This document shows, piece after piece, positions 1-13,457 of a stretch of 64,000 nt of DNA (the first letter of the stretch is position 1; every line of letters begins with the position of its first letter). Below the pieces are notes generated by a model. The model had not been told where the DNA came from. It was given only the letters and a program-made list of their open reading frames with translations, and ran no database searches. Origin of the DNA: Octopus sinensis (taxonomy: Eukaryota); contig NC_043019.1 in NCBI RefSeq assembly GCF_006345805.1, forward strand, positions 15,189,360 through 15,253,359. The letters are read 5' to 3'. Position numbers and translations under genes: made by a program.

Positions 1-540
1 CTGTTGACTTCATTCAGGAAATAGAAATGTTTTTCAGTAAAGGAAGTCAACAGTTATATGGTTTATAGACATCAAACAAGAGGGGGGGTTGGGTAGTGTG
101 TGTGTGTGTGTGTGTGTGTGTGAGTGTGCGTGTGCGTGCGTGCGTAAATGAGTGCAGATGGGAGATTTATGAGCAGATATATAATATACATTATACATGA
201 CTGTGCGTGTGAATGTACGCGTGTATGTATGTATATACTATATATATATATATATATTATATATATATATACACATACACATAAACAATGCATATATATT
301 ACTATGTCTAGTGCATGTATATGTATATAACTAGACGGATGGATGGATGGATGGTAGAATATACACACATAATGCGTATATATCTGTGATATGAGAGTGT
401 ATATATGTGCACATACACATGATTGTGTGTGAAGGAGTACATGTATGTATGTACATGTGCATACACACACATAGTGTATTCATGAGAGAGGGTGTATTAT
501 ATTGATCTATTGTACATGACTGTGTGTGTGAGTGTGTGTG

Positions 541-878
541 TTCTTTTATTTGTTTCAGTAATTTGACTTCACACATTTGTAAGCTTAGTATTTATTCTAT
601 CGGTCTCTTTTGCTGAACTGTTAAGTTACAGGGAAGTAAACACACCAGCATCGGTTGTCAAGCAATGGTGGGGGGGGGGACAAACACAGACACACAAACA
701 TATATATATACAGATATATATAAGTTGGGCCTCTTTTAGTTTCCATCTACCAAATCCACTCACAAGGCTTTGGTCGGCCTGAGGCTATATTAGAAGACAC
801 TTGCCCAAGGAGCCATGCAATGGGACTGAGCCCAGAACCATGTGGTTGGGAAGCAAGCTTCTTACCACACAGCCACGC
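541..878 (-). mobile_element. SINE family A (tRNA-like head, CORE-like segment, internal (TA/TG)n, AAAAG-type tail)
   Basis: Reverse complement of the recurring ggagtggctgtgtggtaagtagcttgct...gggttcagtccc...ccttgggcaagtgtcttctactatagcc unit, seen more than 15 times in the window. Confidence 0.85.
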
Positions 879-879
879 C

Positions 880-925
<46 letters not shown>

Positions 926-1224
926 GTTATGCTGGTGTGTTGTATACATATGAACATACATATACATGTATGTATATATATATGCACAGGGAAACAGCAA
1001 TAAAAACAACATTCCTTGTATTATTAGGGACCCAAGGGAGAAGAAATGGCAGGACTGTACTGGAACAGTGGACTGTTACTTATCAAAGTAGGGGTTAGTG
1101 AGGATGGATGATATAAATTCACTGAGTAAACATAGACCAAAATGGGGAGAGGCAGCTTACATGACCTTCTACAAAGCCCCAAAGACTGGTGCAGTAAGAT
1201 CTTGATGCTTATAACATACTGAGT

Positions 1225-1432
1225 TCTAATTCCATAGTTAAGCCCTTCGTTCCTTATGGAGCATGGGCCATTGAGGACTTTTCCCAGCTGTTTTCAACTC
1301 TGGGTTGTTCCTTTTTTGCTTGTCTCCAGTTGGATCCCTGCTTTTTTCCACTCTGTGCCAATTCCCTGCCTCCAGCTATTTCTAGGGTGCCTTCTTCCAC
1401 TTATATGGGTTCTGGTCAGGGCCAGATGTGTA
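1225..1432 (-). mobile_element. RTE-like LINE 3' end fragment
   Basis: Minus-strand translation ALTRTHISGRRHPRNSWRQGIGTEWKKAGIQLE resembles the G-R-R-x-x-G-R-P-x-x-x-W C-terminal motif of RTE-clade ORF2. Confidence 0.6.
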
Positions 1433-1689
1433 CTGCACTGAGACTGAACCTGACACCATGCGGTTGGGAAGCTAATTTCTGAAACACCTAGCCAAACCTG
1501 TACCATTGAGGTCGAATTCACCTTTCATCCTTTTGAAGTTAATAAAATAAACACCAGTGGGGCCAGTGCAATCAACCTTAGCCCCTAAACCCAAAATTAC
1601 AGGCCTACAGAAACCAATATTAATTTATCAACATAAGCATTTTTTTCTTTCTAATTTTGGCACAGTCCCAGTAAATTTGATGGACAGGG

Positions 1690-1865
1690 GGCAAACAGAA
1701 TACCTCAACCCCAATACTTGACTGCTACTTTATTTCACTGACCCTAAAAGGATGAAAGGCAAAGTCAACCTTGGTGGGATTTGAACTCAGAATGTAAAAT
1801 CCCAGAAGAGTTACAGTTAAGTATTTTGTCCCGGTGCACTAACGATTCTGACAGCTTGCCTCCTT
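1690..1865 (-). mobile_element. SINE family B, degenerate
   Basis: aaaggatgaaaggcaaagtcaacct...atttgaactcag core in reverse orientation. Confidence 0.75.
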
Positions 1866-2321
1866 TAATATAAAACTGATGGATTATTATTCAAGATGGC
1901 ATAAAATGCCATATTGACAGTCCTCTTGTGAGATCAGGTGGTTCACAGATGGCAACCAAATTTCTTTGAAGTAGCATTTGGTATATTCCGAAATCAGGGG
2001 CACTAAAACACACAAACATCTCTTGTATTTTTCATTAGTTTATATGAGGGGGGTGGATGAGCTAATAAGGAAGTCTTTATGTGGTCATTCGATTTGCTAG
2101 AAATAGCAACCAAATTTTCTTTGGAGATAGTTTATTATGTTAAAAACAAAAAAAAAAAAAACGAAATTTACACTGACTGGATAATGTAATTGTAGATCCC
2201 TTATTCCATCAGGATGGTCATGACTGGAATGGCTTTGATCATAGATGTGCTAGACCAAAACCTGAAATGGGGATAAACTATGAAAGCATATTTTCTATAT
2301 TATCTTCATCCTAAAAGCAGT

Positions 2322-2531
2322 AGGCTGGCAAGATCGTTAGCATGCCAGGTAAAATGTTTATTGGCATTTTGTCCATTTTTATGTTCTGTGTTCAAATTCC
2401 GCCGAAGTCGACTTTACTTTTCATCCTTTCGGGGTAGATAAAATAGGTACCAGTTGGAACACTGGGGTCCAATATAATCACCTAGTCCTTTCCCCACAAA
2501 TTTCAGCCCTTGTGCCTTTAGCAGAAAGGAT
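2322..2531 (+). mobile_element. SINE family B (tail variant b)
   Basis: gctggca..gttagca head, gttcaaattcc B-box, catcctttcggggt.gataaa.t.agtacc central block, gccttgtgcct.tag.agaaaggatt tail. Confidence 0.8.
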
Positions 2532-2588
2532 TGCAAAGGAGTGGCTGTGTGGTAAGAAGTTTACTTCCCAAGTCCATGGTTCCGGGTT

Positions 2589-2731
2589 CATCATCATCAT
2601 CATCATCATCGTTTAACGCCTGCTTTCCATGCTAGCATGGGTTGGACGGTTCAACTGGGGTCTGGGAAGCCAGAAGGCTGCATCAGGCCCAGTCTGATCT
2701 GGCAGTGTTTCTACGGCTGGATGCCCTTCCT
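2589..2731 (-). mobile_element. Retroposon family C, short 3' fragment with (GAT)n tail
   Basis: (cat)n-cgtttaacg-c-gctttccatgctagcatgggttggacgg...ctggatgcccttcct; follows an A-family head at 2537-2590. Confidence 0.8.
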
Positions 2732-3361
2732 CAGGTATTTGTACAAGCAGGATCGTTCATTTCCAGTATTTCTGTGGAACCATGTTTGTTCATAAGGAAG
2801 CATTACCCAGAAGTGAGTATAGCTGGCTTCTTGTTATCAGCAACGTGGGTTCATTAACTGAAGCCGGCTCCACACATTCAGGTGAATACCAACACAATCA
2901 CAAAGGTAAATACAGATAGACAGAAGATGCAGAGAAAGACAGATGTCCATTGAGTGAGATTCAGCTGTTATTTCTAGCAGCATGAACGACTGTGCTTAGA
3001 GAGAGAAGTGGTGAGGGGGGGAAAGCAAGGGAGGTTACCCTCTTTGGTTTGGGAACATTTTAATTAAAATGTTGGAATTCGGTTTATGTTAATGAGATGT
3101 AGGAAGGTCATAAACCAGACTCGGCTCTTATCATTACCACCAGCACTAATTAAATACAGTGAATAATAATTAATATCTCGGACAAGTCAAATGTATTATT
3201 CATGTTGATTAGAAACTTAGCTGTTACTCACCTACAATAAAGTGCAAACACACACACACACACACACACAATTACACACTTAAATATATATACTTTCGCA
3301 CACACATAATATATACATACATACATATACATACACACATTCATACACACACACACACACA

Positions 3362-3540
3362 AATTTGGGGGAAGGAATTAAGTCGATTACATTGACCCAG
3401 TGCATAACTGGTACTTATTTAATCAACCCCAAAAGGATGAACGGCAAAATCGACCATGGCGGAATTTGAACCCAGAACATAGTAGCAGACAGAATACTGC
3501 TAAGCATTTCACCCAGCATGCTAACAATTCTGCCAGATAC
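3362..3540 (-). mobile_element. SINE family B
   Basis: Same core as the other B copies. Confidence 0.8.
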
Positions 3541-3747
3541 TATTTCCATTTCGTTAAGTTGATGAGATGAGAAGGTTTTGATGTGTTAATGAGCAGAAGA
3601 ATGTTATCATTCAAAGTAAGCATAAAAGACTAATAAAAAAAGTCTGTCCCAAAAACTTTGATAGAAAGTATTAAACATGAAAACATTTGTCTTCAATATA
3701 TGATGGAAAGAAAAGCTATTCCATATATATACATACATATATATATA

Positions 3748-4112
3748 TCATCATCATCATCATTTAACGTCCGCTTTCCATGCTAGCATGGGTTGGACGG
3801 TTTGATTGGGGTCTGGCGAACCAGATGGCTGCACCAGGCTTCAATCTTGGTCTGGCAGAGTTTCTACAGCTGGATGCCCTTCCTAACACCAACCACTCCG
3901 AGAGTGCAGTGGGTGCTTTTATGTGCCACCGGCAAGAGGGCCAGTCAGGCGGTACTGCCAATGACCTCGCTCGAATCTTTTTACATGTGCCACCGGCACA
4001 GGTGCCAGTAAGGCAACACTGGTAACGATCACGCTCAAATGGTGTCTTTTACATGCCACCAGCACGGAAGCCAGTTAGCTGCTCTGGCAGCGATCAAGCT
4101 CGGATGGTGCTC
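3748..4112 (-). mobile_element. Retroposon family C with 5' ~60-bp subrepeats
   Basis: (cat)n tail, gatgcccttcctaac core and three ttttac.tgccac..gcac subunits. Confidence 0.8.
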
Positions 4113-4213
4113 ACACTTGTATGGTGCTCTTTGATTCCCGCTAGCATGGGTGCCAGTCAACGAATTTCACTTTGATTGATTTCACTTGCCTCACACACAC
4201 ATACATGCATATA

Positions 4214-4749
4214 TAGGGTTGGCCAAAATTAGTGCTCCAACTTTGAAAAAAATACATGAAATATAATGAAAATGCAAAAGAATTTTCATAAGGAAGAGGT
4301 GCTCCATCTTGCCCAAAGATTTTGGAATGACAGTATAGAAAATACGGCCAGATGATGTTTTCACGCAATGCCAGAGACGATCAGCATCCATCGTCTCTAG
4401 TTGAATATGGAATGCACAAATTCCTGAAGACGATATTGCCACCCAAATGACAAGAAAAGGTGAACTGACGTGCTTTTCCCAAACTGCTTCAGGGTCATCT
4501 TCTGAATAACAGAAGCAGTTATGGCAGTTGATGTGAACGGAAACATGGAAGATTGCTTCATCAAAGGAAACGAGTCAATCAAAAAATCTGCAATCTCTGG
4601 TTTCTGGCAGCATTCTCTCACAAAATTCGACACATTGATTAATCAGTGACATACAGAAATAATAACTGCATGCATCAGGAAACGACAGAACTAAGAGACA
4701 TATACAATTGGGACACATAAAGTGGGGGCACTAATTTTGGCCCATCCTG
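4214..4749 (-). mobile_element. Internally deleted Tc1/mariner-superfamily DNA transposon
   Basis: 30-bp TIRs (tagggttggccaaaattagtgctccaactt vs caggatgggccaaaattagtgcccccactt, 25/30) with TA flanks. Minus-strand relic reads LVSFDEAIFH..INCHNC..YSEDDP..SPFLVIWVAISSSGI and, after a frameshift, IFGQDGAP, matching the first two DDE motifs. Confidence 0.85.
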
Positions 4750-4751
4750 TA

Positions 4752-4752
<1 letters not shown>

Positions 4753-4785
<33 letters not shown>

Positions 4786-5103
4786 GTCGTCGTCGTTTAA
4801 CGTCCGTTTTCCATGCTAGTAAGGGTTGGACGGTTCGACCAGGGTCTGGGAAGCCAGGATGGCTGCACCAGGCTCCAGTCTGATCTGGCAGTGTTTCTAC
4901 AGCTGGATGCCCTTCCTAACGCCAACCACTCCGTGAGTGTAGTGGGTGCTTTTTACGTGCCACTGGCACAGGTGCCAGGAGAGGCTGGCAGCGGCCACAA
5001 TCGGTTGGTGCTTTTTACGTGCAACCAGCACAGAAGCCAGTCAAGGCGGCGCTGGCATCGGCCACATTCAGATGGTGCTTTTTACGTGCCACCAGCACAG
5101 GTA
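4753..5103 (-). mobile_element. Retroposon family C with 5' subrepeats
   Basis: (cat)n tail, C core, three subunits. Confidence 0.8.
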
Positions 5104-5700
5104 TCACAACTACAATCTCCATTTGATATTTATTTTGATGTTGATGTACATATATGCATATACACACACACGCATATCATCATCATCATCATCATCAATT
5201 TAATGTCCACTTTTCGATGCTTGCGTGAGTTGGGCAGATGTTCTATGGTTGAATACCCTAATGTCCTCCATTGCCAACTCGTTTCCAAGCAATGTAAAAA
5301 TAGTTCTCCATAGCTAGAGGTGATCTCCAAGGAAGACTAGAAACAAACAACATCACTTGTAGGACAGGGATGTTCATTTACAACCATCACATGACGTCAA
5401 CACACACACACACACACATACAGTTGGCTAAATTGACAACTGGCTTATTTTGCACTTTCTGTCTAGCAAATCCACTCACAAGGCTTTGACCAGCCTAGGG
5501 CTGTCATAAAAGACACTTGCCCAAGGTGCCATCCGGTGAGAATGAACCCAAAAAGTAATTCTACGGTTATTTAACTGAAAAATGTTAAAGACAGAGAAAG
5601 CAGACAATGTGAAAATACCTCCATTGTTCTGTTAAGTAAACAGACAAATAACTGGAAATCTTCTTAGAGATATGCTTCAGGGATGATATATGCGCATGAG

Positions 5701-6047
<347 letters not shown>

Positions 6048-6359
6048 TCATTATCAGGATATAATATTAATAGTCTTCCTGTTTTGCATGTGACTGACTA
6101 AAAGTATTATATGCTAATCAAGAAGACTATTTTAATGTTATATCCTGACAGACTGGTGCTATATATAGAGATTTAGATTTACTGGTTCTTCTCTGGGCTG
6201 CTGGAGAATAAGAGTACATCTTGTTCTTCAAAAAAGAAACCATTTCCGAATCTCATCTGTAAAAGGATTCTCAATTGCTTTTTACTGTTTGCTTAAGAGA
6301 ACAATAAGTGGTTTCCACATCGTCACCAATCCCCAAAGCCAAGGCTTTCGAATAAATAA

Positions 6360-6615
6360 CATCATCATCATCATCATCATCATCATCGCTTAACGTCCGT
6401 TTTCCACGCTAGCACGGGTTGGACGGTTCGACCGGGGTCTGGTAAGCCAGGGGCTGCTCCAGGCTCCAGTCTGATCTGGCAGAGTTTCTACGGCTGGATG
6501 CTCTTCTTAACGCCAACCACTCCGCGAGTGTAGTGGGTGCTTTTTACGTGCCACCTGCACAGGTGCCAGGGGGGTCTGGCATCGGTCACGATCGGTTGGA
6601 GCTTTTAACATGCCA
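6360..6615 (-). mobile_element. Retroposon family C
   Basis: (cat)n tail and C core. Confidence 0.8.
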
Positions 6616-6735
6616 GCGGCAAGGGTTAGAATCAGTAGATACATATTTACATCACACGGTTATACTGTGTTCTTCATAAACACCATAGCACATATAATTT
6701 ACAAATACAAATGTGTGTGTGTGTGTGTGTGTGTG

Positions 6736-7070
6736 TGCATGGCTCAGTGGTTAGAGTATTGGGCTCACAATCATGAGGTAGCGAGTTCGATTCCTGGACT
6801 GGGCTGTGTTGTGTTCTGTCCTTAAGCAAGACACTTTATTTCACATTGCTCCAGTTCACTCAGCTGTAGAGATGAATTGCGATGTCATTGGTGCCAAGCT
6901 GTATCGGCCCCTTTGCCATTCCCTTGGATAACATCTGTGGTGGGGAGAGGGGAGGGTTGGTATGCATTGGCTATGGCCAGTCTTCCATAAACAACCTTGC
7001 CTAGACCTGTGCCTCAGAGGTAACTTTTTACAAGCAATCCCATGTCATTCATGACTGAAGGACTTCTTCA
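6736..7070 (+). mobile_element. SINE family E (tRNA head, CORE-like tccttgagcaagacact segment)
   Basis: tggctcagtggttagag A-box, gttcgattcc B-box; body matches reverse copies at 13600-13710 and 28805-29045. Confidence 0.8.
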
Positions 7071-7289
7071 TGTGTGTATGTATGCATGCATGTATGTATG
7101 TATTTTATTGTGATTTAGGTAAATGTTTTATCATATATTTTATTTTTCCTGTATGGTATGATTTACATCTATCATTGTTTGAATTACATAATAGTGGTTT
7201 TTCTCTAATTTATATATATATATTGAGAAATTTGATTTAATATGAAATTGAATTTTTCCCTGTAAGTTTGGAGTTATACTCCCTAATAT

Positions 7290-7313
7290 TATCATTATTA
7301 TTATTATTATTAT

Positions 7314-7351
<38 letters not shown>

Positions 7352-7443
7352 CATATTATATATATATATATATATATATATACATACATATGTATCTATA
7401 TATATAATATAATATATAATATATATATACATATATAATATAT

Positions 7444-7490
<47 letters not shown>

Positions 7491-7562
7491 AATAATATAT
7501 ATACATGTATGTATATATATATATATATATATATCATTATATATATATATATACTATATATA

Positions 7563-7628
<66 letters not shown>

Positions 7629-7680
7629 ATATATATATATATATGACAAAATGAAGTTGTAAGGTATATATATATCATAT
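7290..7680. repeat. Long imperfect (TA)n microsatellite
   Basis: Direct observation. Confidence 0.95.
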
Positions 7681-7948
7681 TTAATCTTATAATGCCAAAA
7701 TTCCCAATATGCAAGGAAAAAAAAATGAGAAGCTAATTGGCAATTCTAGAATGCATGACTGGAAATATTGCAATGGCCACAGAATATAATCGCAGTTTGC
7801 ATGCAATAATTTTGTTCCAGTGAAAAGGAATCGTTAGAACTTGTCTAAGGATTTTATTTCCTAGTTCCGTAGCAATATAGCAATTCAAGCATCGATGGTT
7901 ATTAACAAAAACCATTCTTTCATTTTATTCCTCCATTCATTTGTTCAG

Positions 7949-8055
7949 TTCCACATGTGCTTTTCCATGCGAACAGAGAGAGGCAGGTTTACAGAGGCGG
8001 ATTTGTTAGGGCAGGATATGTTCTCCATCATCGCCAGCCTTCACCTGTTTTCCAA
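7949..8055 (+). CDS. Candidate internal exon of an unidentified gene (FHMCFSMRTERGRFTEADLLGQDMFSIIASLHLFS)
   Basis: Non-repeat GC-richer patch with pyrimidine tract ttcatttgttcag acceptor, possible aa/gtgaag donor, two open + frames and all minus frames closed; no recognised homology. Confidence 0.25.
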
Positions 8056-8207
8056 GTGAAGTATTTTCCCCCCATTTTTATATTCCGGTCGTCCTCACAC
8101 ATCGAAAGCTAAAACTAAAGAACTTTTGCGTATTGAAGAATATATAAACAAAGACACCATTTTTGTGAGGGTTTCTGGGTTTTTTTTCCCTTTTTGCTTC
8201 CCTTATA

Positions 8208-8400
8208 GCAGTGGTTCCCAAAGTGGACGGTACTGCCCTCTTGGGGATGGTGGAAAAATACAGGGAGGGGGCACTCAAGAAAAGTGGGATGATAATGGGG
8301 TGACCAAAATAGGGTGGTAGATGTAAAAAAAAATATATCAATATGTGAATTAGGTTTAAGTTTTATTTGCAAAATAGAGTTTGAATTTGCTGCAGAACGT
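8208..8400 (+). mobile_element. hAT/Charlie-like MITE, left end only
   Basis: Begins cagtggttcccaaagtgg, a typical hAT TIR start; no matching right TIR found. Confidence 0.4.
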
Positions 8401-8434
8401 GGTGGGATAAGTGAGGGGGTGCTAGAAATATGGC

Positions 8435-8790
8435 CTGGGATAAGTCAATTACATCGACCCCAGTACTCAACTGTTACTTAATTGATCGACCCCGAAAGGA
8501 TGAAAGGCAAAGTCAAGCCCGGCAGCATTCAAAATCAGAATGTGAAGACAGACAAAATACCGCTAGCCATTTCACCCAGCATGCTATCCTTTGTACTGTA
8601 GGCACAAGGCCTGAAATTTGGTGGGGGGGGAGGGGATGAGTCGATTACATCGACCCCAGTGCTCAACTGGTACTTATTTTATCGACCCAGGAAGGGTGGT
8701 AGGCAAAGTTAGTCTCGGCAGAATTTGAACTTGGAACATAAAGACAGACAACGCCACTCAACATTTTACCCACCGTGCTAACAATCCTGC
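8435..8790 (-). mobile_element. Two tandem SINE B copies
   Basis: Two successive gattacatcgaccccagt...aaaggatgaaaggcaaagt units. Confidence 0.8.
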
Positions 8791-9397
8791 TAGCGAGACG
8801 CCTTTATAATAATAATAGTAATATTTTTTTAATAAGAATTCTTTCTTCTATTGGCACGAGGCCAAACCTAATCTTCAAAAAAAAATCTCCCGAAATTACT
8901 GTTAAACAGTGTGTAGATAAAAACGATATATTATGTGTCACCGACTGTTTTTGTAGCAACCCCACCCTGTGTGTGGCTTTTGGTAAGGGTGGAGTGAGGG
9001 CTAGGGTTAGGGAGCAGATGGCTGGGAAGCAAGAAACAACACAATCTTTGTGGAAGTTGTTGAAAAATGAAACACGAAGAGTCCTCTTTGGTAATTGTTC
9101 CAGAATTTTGGCACGGGGTCAGCAATTTTATAGGGAAAGACTTCAGTTGATTACATCGACCCCCACTGCAAACCTTCAGCACTTGACTGGTACTCTGTTT
9201 TATTGAAGTCCCCCTTTATAATGTATACTACACAGCCGTTATTGTTCAGCCCTAGGACAGTTCTTAACTGGACAGATCTATCATCAGAAGCTTTCTAACC
9301 ATGACCATCCCATTTGTTTCGACAGTGACAGTCGCTTATTAACTATCATGTGATGACAAGATGAGGAGACAAAAACACATTCGCACACACACATGTA

Positions 9398-9850
9398 TCA
9401 TCATCATCATCATCATCATTTAACATCAGTTTTCCATGCTGGTATGGGTTGGACAGCTTGACAGTTGCAGGCCAGCCGGGGAGCTGTTCAAATTCCAATT
9501 GTCTGATTTGGCATGGTTTTCTACGGCTGTATGCCCTTCCTAATGCCAACCACTCTGAGAGTATAATGGGTGCCTTTTACATGCCACTAGTACTAGTGCT
9601 TTTATATGCCCATTACACATGTATATACACACACACATATATATATATACATATACATACATACATTCATATATACACACATACACACACACACACACAC
9701 ACACAAATATGGCTACATAGTGAAGAAGTTTGCTTCCTGATCACATGGTTCTGGGTTCCACTGTTTGGCCCCTTGGGTGTCTTCTACTAAAGCCTTGGGT
9801 CCACCAAAGCCTTCAGTGGATTTGGTAGACAGAAAACGACAGAAGCCCAT
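9398..9850. mobile_element. Family C fragment (minus) followed by family A head (plus)
   Basis: (cat)n and C core at 9398-9590; A-type head at about 9705-9850. Confidence 0.7.
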
Positions 9851-9887
<37 letters not shown>

Positions 9888-11679
9888 ACACGCGCACTTC
9901 ACCAGGAAATTTTCTGAGCAACAGATGGCGACATCGGTTGACATTTCCTGGTCAACCAATCGTCCAAACAGCTCAGCAACTTTCAAAGACACACGCAGTG
10001 GAATGAAAACACCATTTACTTGAAAGACATACGTATGAAATGCCTACGACACAAAAAGAAACCAGGTGGTAAAACAATACCTTTATAAAGTACTCCCCTA
10101 AATCATGCCGGCATGGAAAAACAGACATAAAGCCCAACAAATGATTGAACGACCCTTAGACTGAAATACTACAGAGAGCAATATTATATACCTCAGTAAT
10201 ATATATACCGGATCATACCGGTTATTCAAAGGTCTGGCAATGGTAAATATTGTTTCGAACTGATTCTGCTTGAAAGAATTGTGTTGATGTATTCTACATG
10301 TCAGCGGAATAAGTCAGCGACTAACAAGTAAATTTATTAGGTCTGTAGTTTAGTTCAGTTTATTGCACAGATTGGTGAAGTCGTCATCGAAATTGACAGA
10401 AAATCCATCATCACACAGCGAGGGGTGGGCATGGGGGTGTGCGTGTGTGAGCAAATAGCTGATTGAAACAGGTATCTGTGTATGTACCTAAGTGTAAGCA
10501 GGTATATATGTGTGTGTACTTACATACATATACATGTACACAAATATATGTACACACACACACACAACACACACACACACACAGATATATGTACTTTTGC
10601 TATATAAATATATCGCTTAGAGATTTAATATAACATGTCTCTCTTTTATATTTACATATATATATATATATATATAATATATTATAAATATATAAGTTAA
10701 TCCAAACAAGAAAACAAAAAAACACAACAACGCAAGGACGTGGAACAAATAAAGTATTATTGGACGCTCAGATATATATATATATATATATATGTATATG
10801 TATATATATTATATATATAAATATATATATATATATATACACACACATACACACACACACATACATACATAAAGACATAAGTGTACACATAATATATACA
10901 GATATATGCCTTCTGTCATCTTCTATCTACCATATCCCACTCACAAGGCTTTGGTCGGCTTGAGGCTATAGTAGAAAACACTTGCCCAATGTGCCACACA
11001 GTGGGACTGAACCCAGAACCATGTGGTTGGGAAGCAAGCTACTTACCACACAGCCAGTCCTGATATATATATACATACATATATATATATTTATATACAC
11101 ACACACACACACACACAGACACATGTATACTTACACAAGTGTGTGCGCATACATATAAATTCATAAACTTATATTCAAGCATGCATGCATATTTTCATGT
11201 CTGTATGCATGTATGTGTGTGTGTGTGTATGTGTGTGTGTGCGCGTACATGCATGCATGCACATAGATCTATGTATGATTCAGTGCGTGCGAATGAACAG
11301 ACGTATGCAGATCTGGGAGGGTGTATGCTTAGACGAGTGCAGAGGGAGGGGGGTGTACAATTTACTTGATTATTTTGAAACTACCACACCTACTTCATCA
11401 CCATTCCACCACCACCACCACCACCATCCTAGCCACTAAATCACTACTCCACCAGCCCCACTAACTTGCTACCACGCCACCACCATTACCACCGCTACCG
11501 CCACCACCACACTAACAACAACGTGTATTAAAGCACTACTGTGCTATACCATCTTTATTACTATCACTACCACCACCACTACCACCATCGCTGTACCATC
11601 ATACCACCATCACTTAAAAGATAGTAACACACCCTGGAAAGTGTGTAGTATGTACATAAGGAAACAGACAGGCATGTGT

Positions 11680-11775
11680 TCTGTTTGGCACACACACACA
11701 CACGCAGACCAAACACACGCATTCACACACACATACATCCACACATATGTACACAGATAGACACAAACTCAAATA

Positions 11776-11810
<35 letters not shown>

Positions 11811-11925
11811 CACAGAAACTCACACATACAAACACGGGCACACAGACATACACACATACATACATAAACACACACAAACACATGCACACACACACACACA
11901 TGCTCACATCCATGCTCATATCCAT

Positions 11926-11964
<39 letters not shown>

Positions 11965-12015
11965 TGCACACACACACACACACACAAACTCGTACACACA
12001 CACACACACACACAT
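11680..12015. repeat. Long imperfect (CA)n tract
   Basis: Direct observation; explains the HT/CV ORFs. Confidence 0.95.
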
Positions 12016-12239
12016 GCCATCTCTCAGCTTCCCAAACCTGAATCATTTGCTTTGTACAATATCAACCAAGGGCAACATCTCCCTTTCAACAACCTCCATC
12101 TTGTACATTTTTGTTTTTTTGTTTACTTCGGGGTTTTTTTCCTCCCTAAAACACATCCCATCTGACCCTTCAGTTCTTCATGAATCAGTGATTGTCATAA
12201 AAGACCATTACTAAAGCTTACAAATAATACATACACTTT

Positions 12240-12461
12240 TTTTCTTTTATTCTTTTTCTCTTATTTGTTTCAGTCATTGGACTGCGGCCATGCTGGAGCA
12301 CCACCTTTAGTCGAACAAAAATCGACCCCAGAACTTATTTTCTGTAAACCTAGTACTTATCCTATCGGTGTCTTTGCCGAACTACTAAGTTACGGGGACA
12401 TAAACACACCAACATCGGTTGTCTAGTGATGGTGGGGTGACAAACACAGACACACATACAT

Positions 12462-12496
<35 letters not shown>

Positions 12497-12650
12497 CGAT
12501 GGGCTTCTTTTCAGTTTCCGGCTACCAAATCAACTCACAAGGCTTCGGTCAGCCTGAGGCTATAGTAGAAGACACTTGCCCAAGGTGTCACGCAGTGGGA
12601 CTGAACCCTGAATCATGTGGTTAGTAAGCAAGCTACTTACCACATAGCCA
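12240..12650 (-). mobile_element. SINE family A, near full length
   Basis: Head, CORE-like segment, internal SSR and tail all present. Confidence 0.85.
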
Positions 12651-12747
12651 TGCCTGCACCTGCATACATATACAAACACACATATACACATACATACACA
12701 TACAGACACACATATACACACAGACATACACACACATACACATATAT

Positions 12748-13128
12748 TGTGGCACTCCATCGGTTATGACTACGAAGGTTCCAGTTGATCCGATCAACAG
12801 AACAGCCTGCATGTGAAATTAACATGCAAGTGGCTGAGTACTCCACAGACATGTGAACCTTTAACGTAGTTCTCCGGGGAGATTCAATGTGACACAGAAT
12901 GTGACAAGGCTGGCCCCTTTGAAATACAGGTACCATAGAGACAGGAAGAAAGAGTGAGAGAAAGATGTGGTGAAAGAGTACATCAAGGTTCAACACCATC
13001 CCCTGCCTGAACCTCATGGAGCTTTAGGTGTTTTCGCTCAATAATCACTCATAACACCCAGTCTGGGAATTGAAACCATGATCCTATGAGCACGAGTCCA
13101 TTGCCCTAACCACTGGGCCATTGCACCT
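12748..13128 (-). mobile_element. SINE family F (tRNA head ggagg.gcaatggcccagtggttaggg)
   Basis: Matches copies at 38378-38750 and 41846-42225. Confidence 0.85.
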
Positions 13129-13226
13129 CCACACACACACATATATATAGAATACACTTGCACAAGATGCCACACAGTGGGACTGAATCTGGAATCCGAA
13201 ACCCACATGGTTTCTTAACCTTCTTA

Positions 13227-13457
13227 AGGCGGCGAGCTGGCAGAAACGTTAGCACGCCGGGTGAAGTGCTTAGCGGTATTTCGTCTGCGTTACGTTGTGA
13301 GTTCAAATTCCGCTGAGGTCGACTTTGCCTTTCATCCTTTCGGGGTCGATAAATTAAGTACCAGTTATGCACTGGGGTCGATGTAATCGACTTAATACCT
13401 ATGTCTGTCCTTGTTTGTCCCCTCTGTGTTTAGCCCCTTGTGGGTAGTAAAGAAATA
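13227..13457 (+). mobile_element. Full-length SINE B (tail variant a) with 18-bp target-site duplication
   Basis: TSD ggtttcttaa(c/g)cttctta at 13209-13226 and 13458-13475; inserted into an A-family head. Confidence 0.9.

Noticed and set aside
2732-2881. Open + frame with donors at 2814 and 2881
   Set aside because: The acceptor comes from a truncated C element and the frame is ambiguous with no homology.
10695-10770. Possible further Penelope-like terminal repeat fragment
   Set aside because: It resembles such repeats only from memory and ends before any ribozyme motif.
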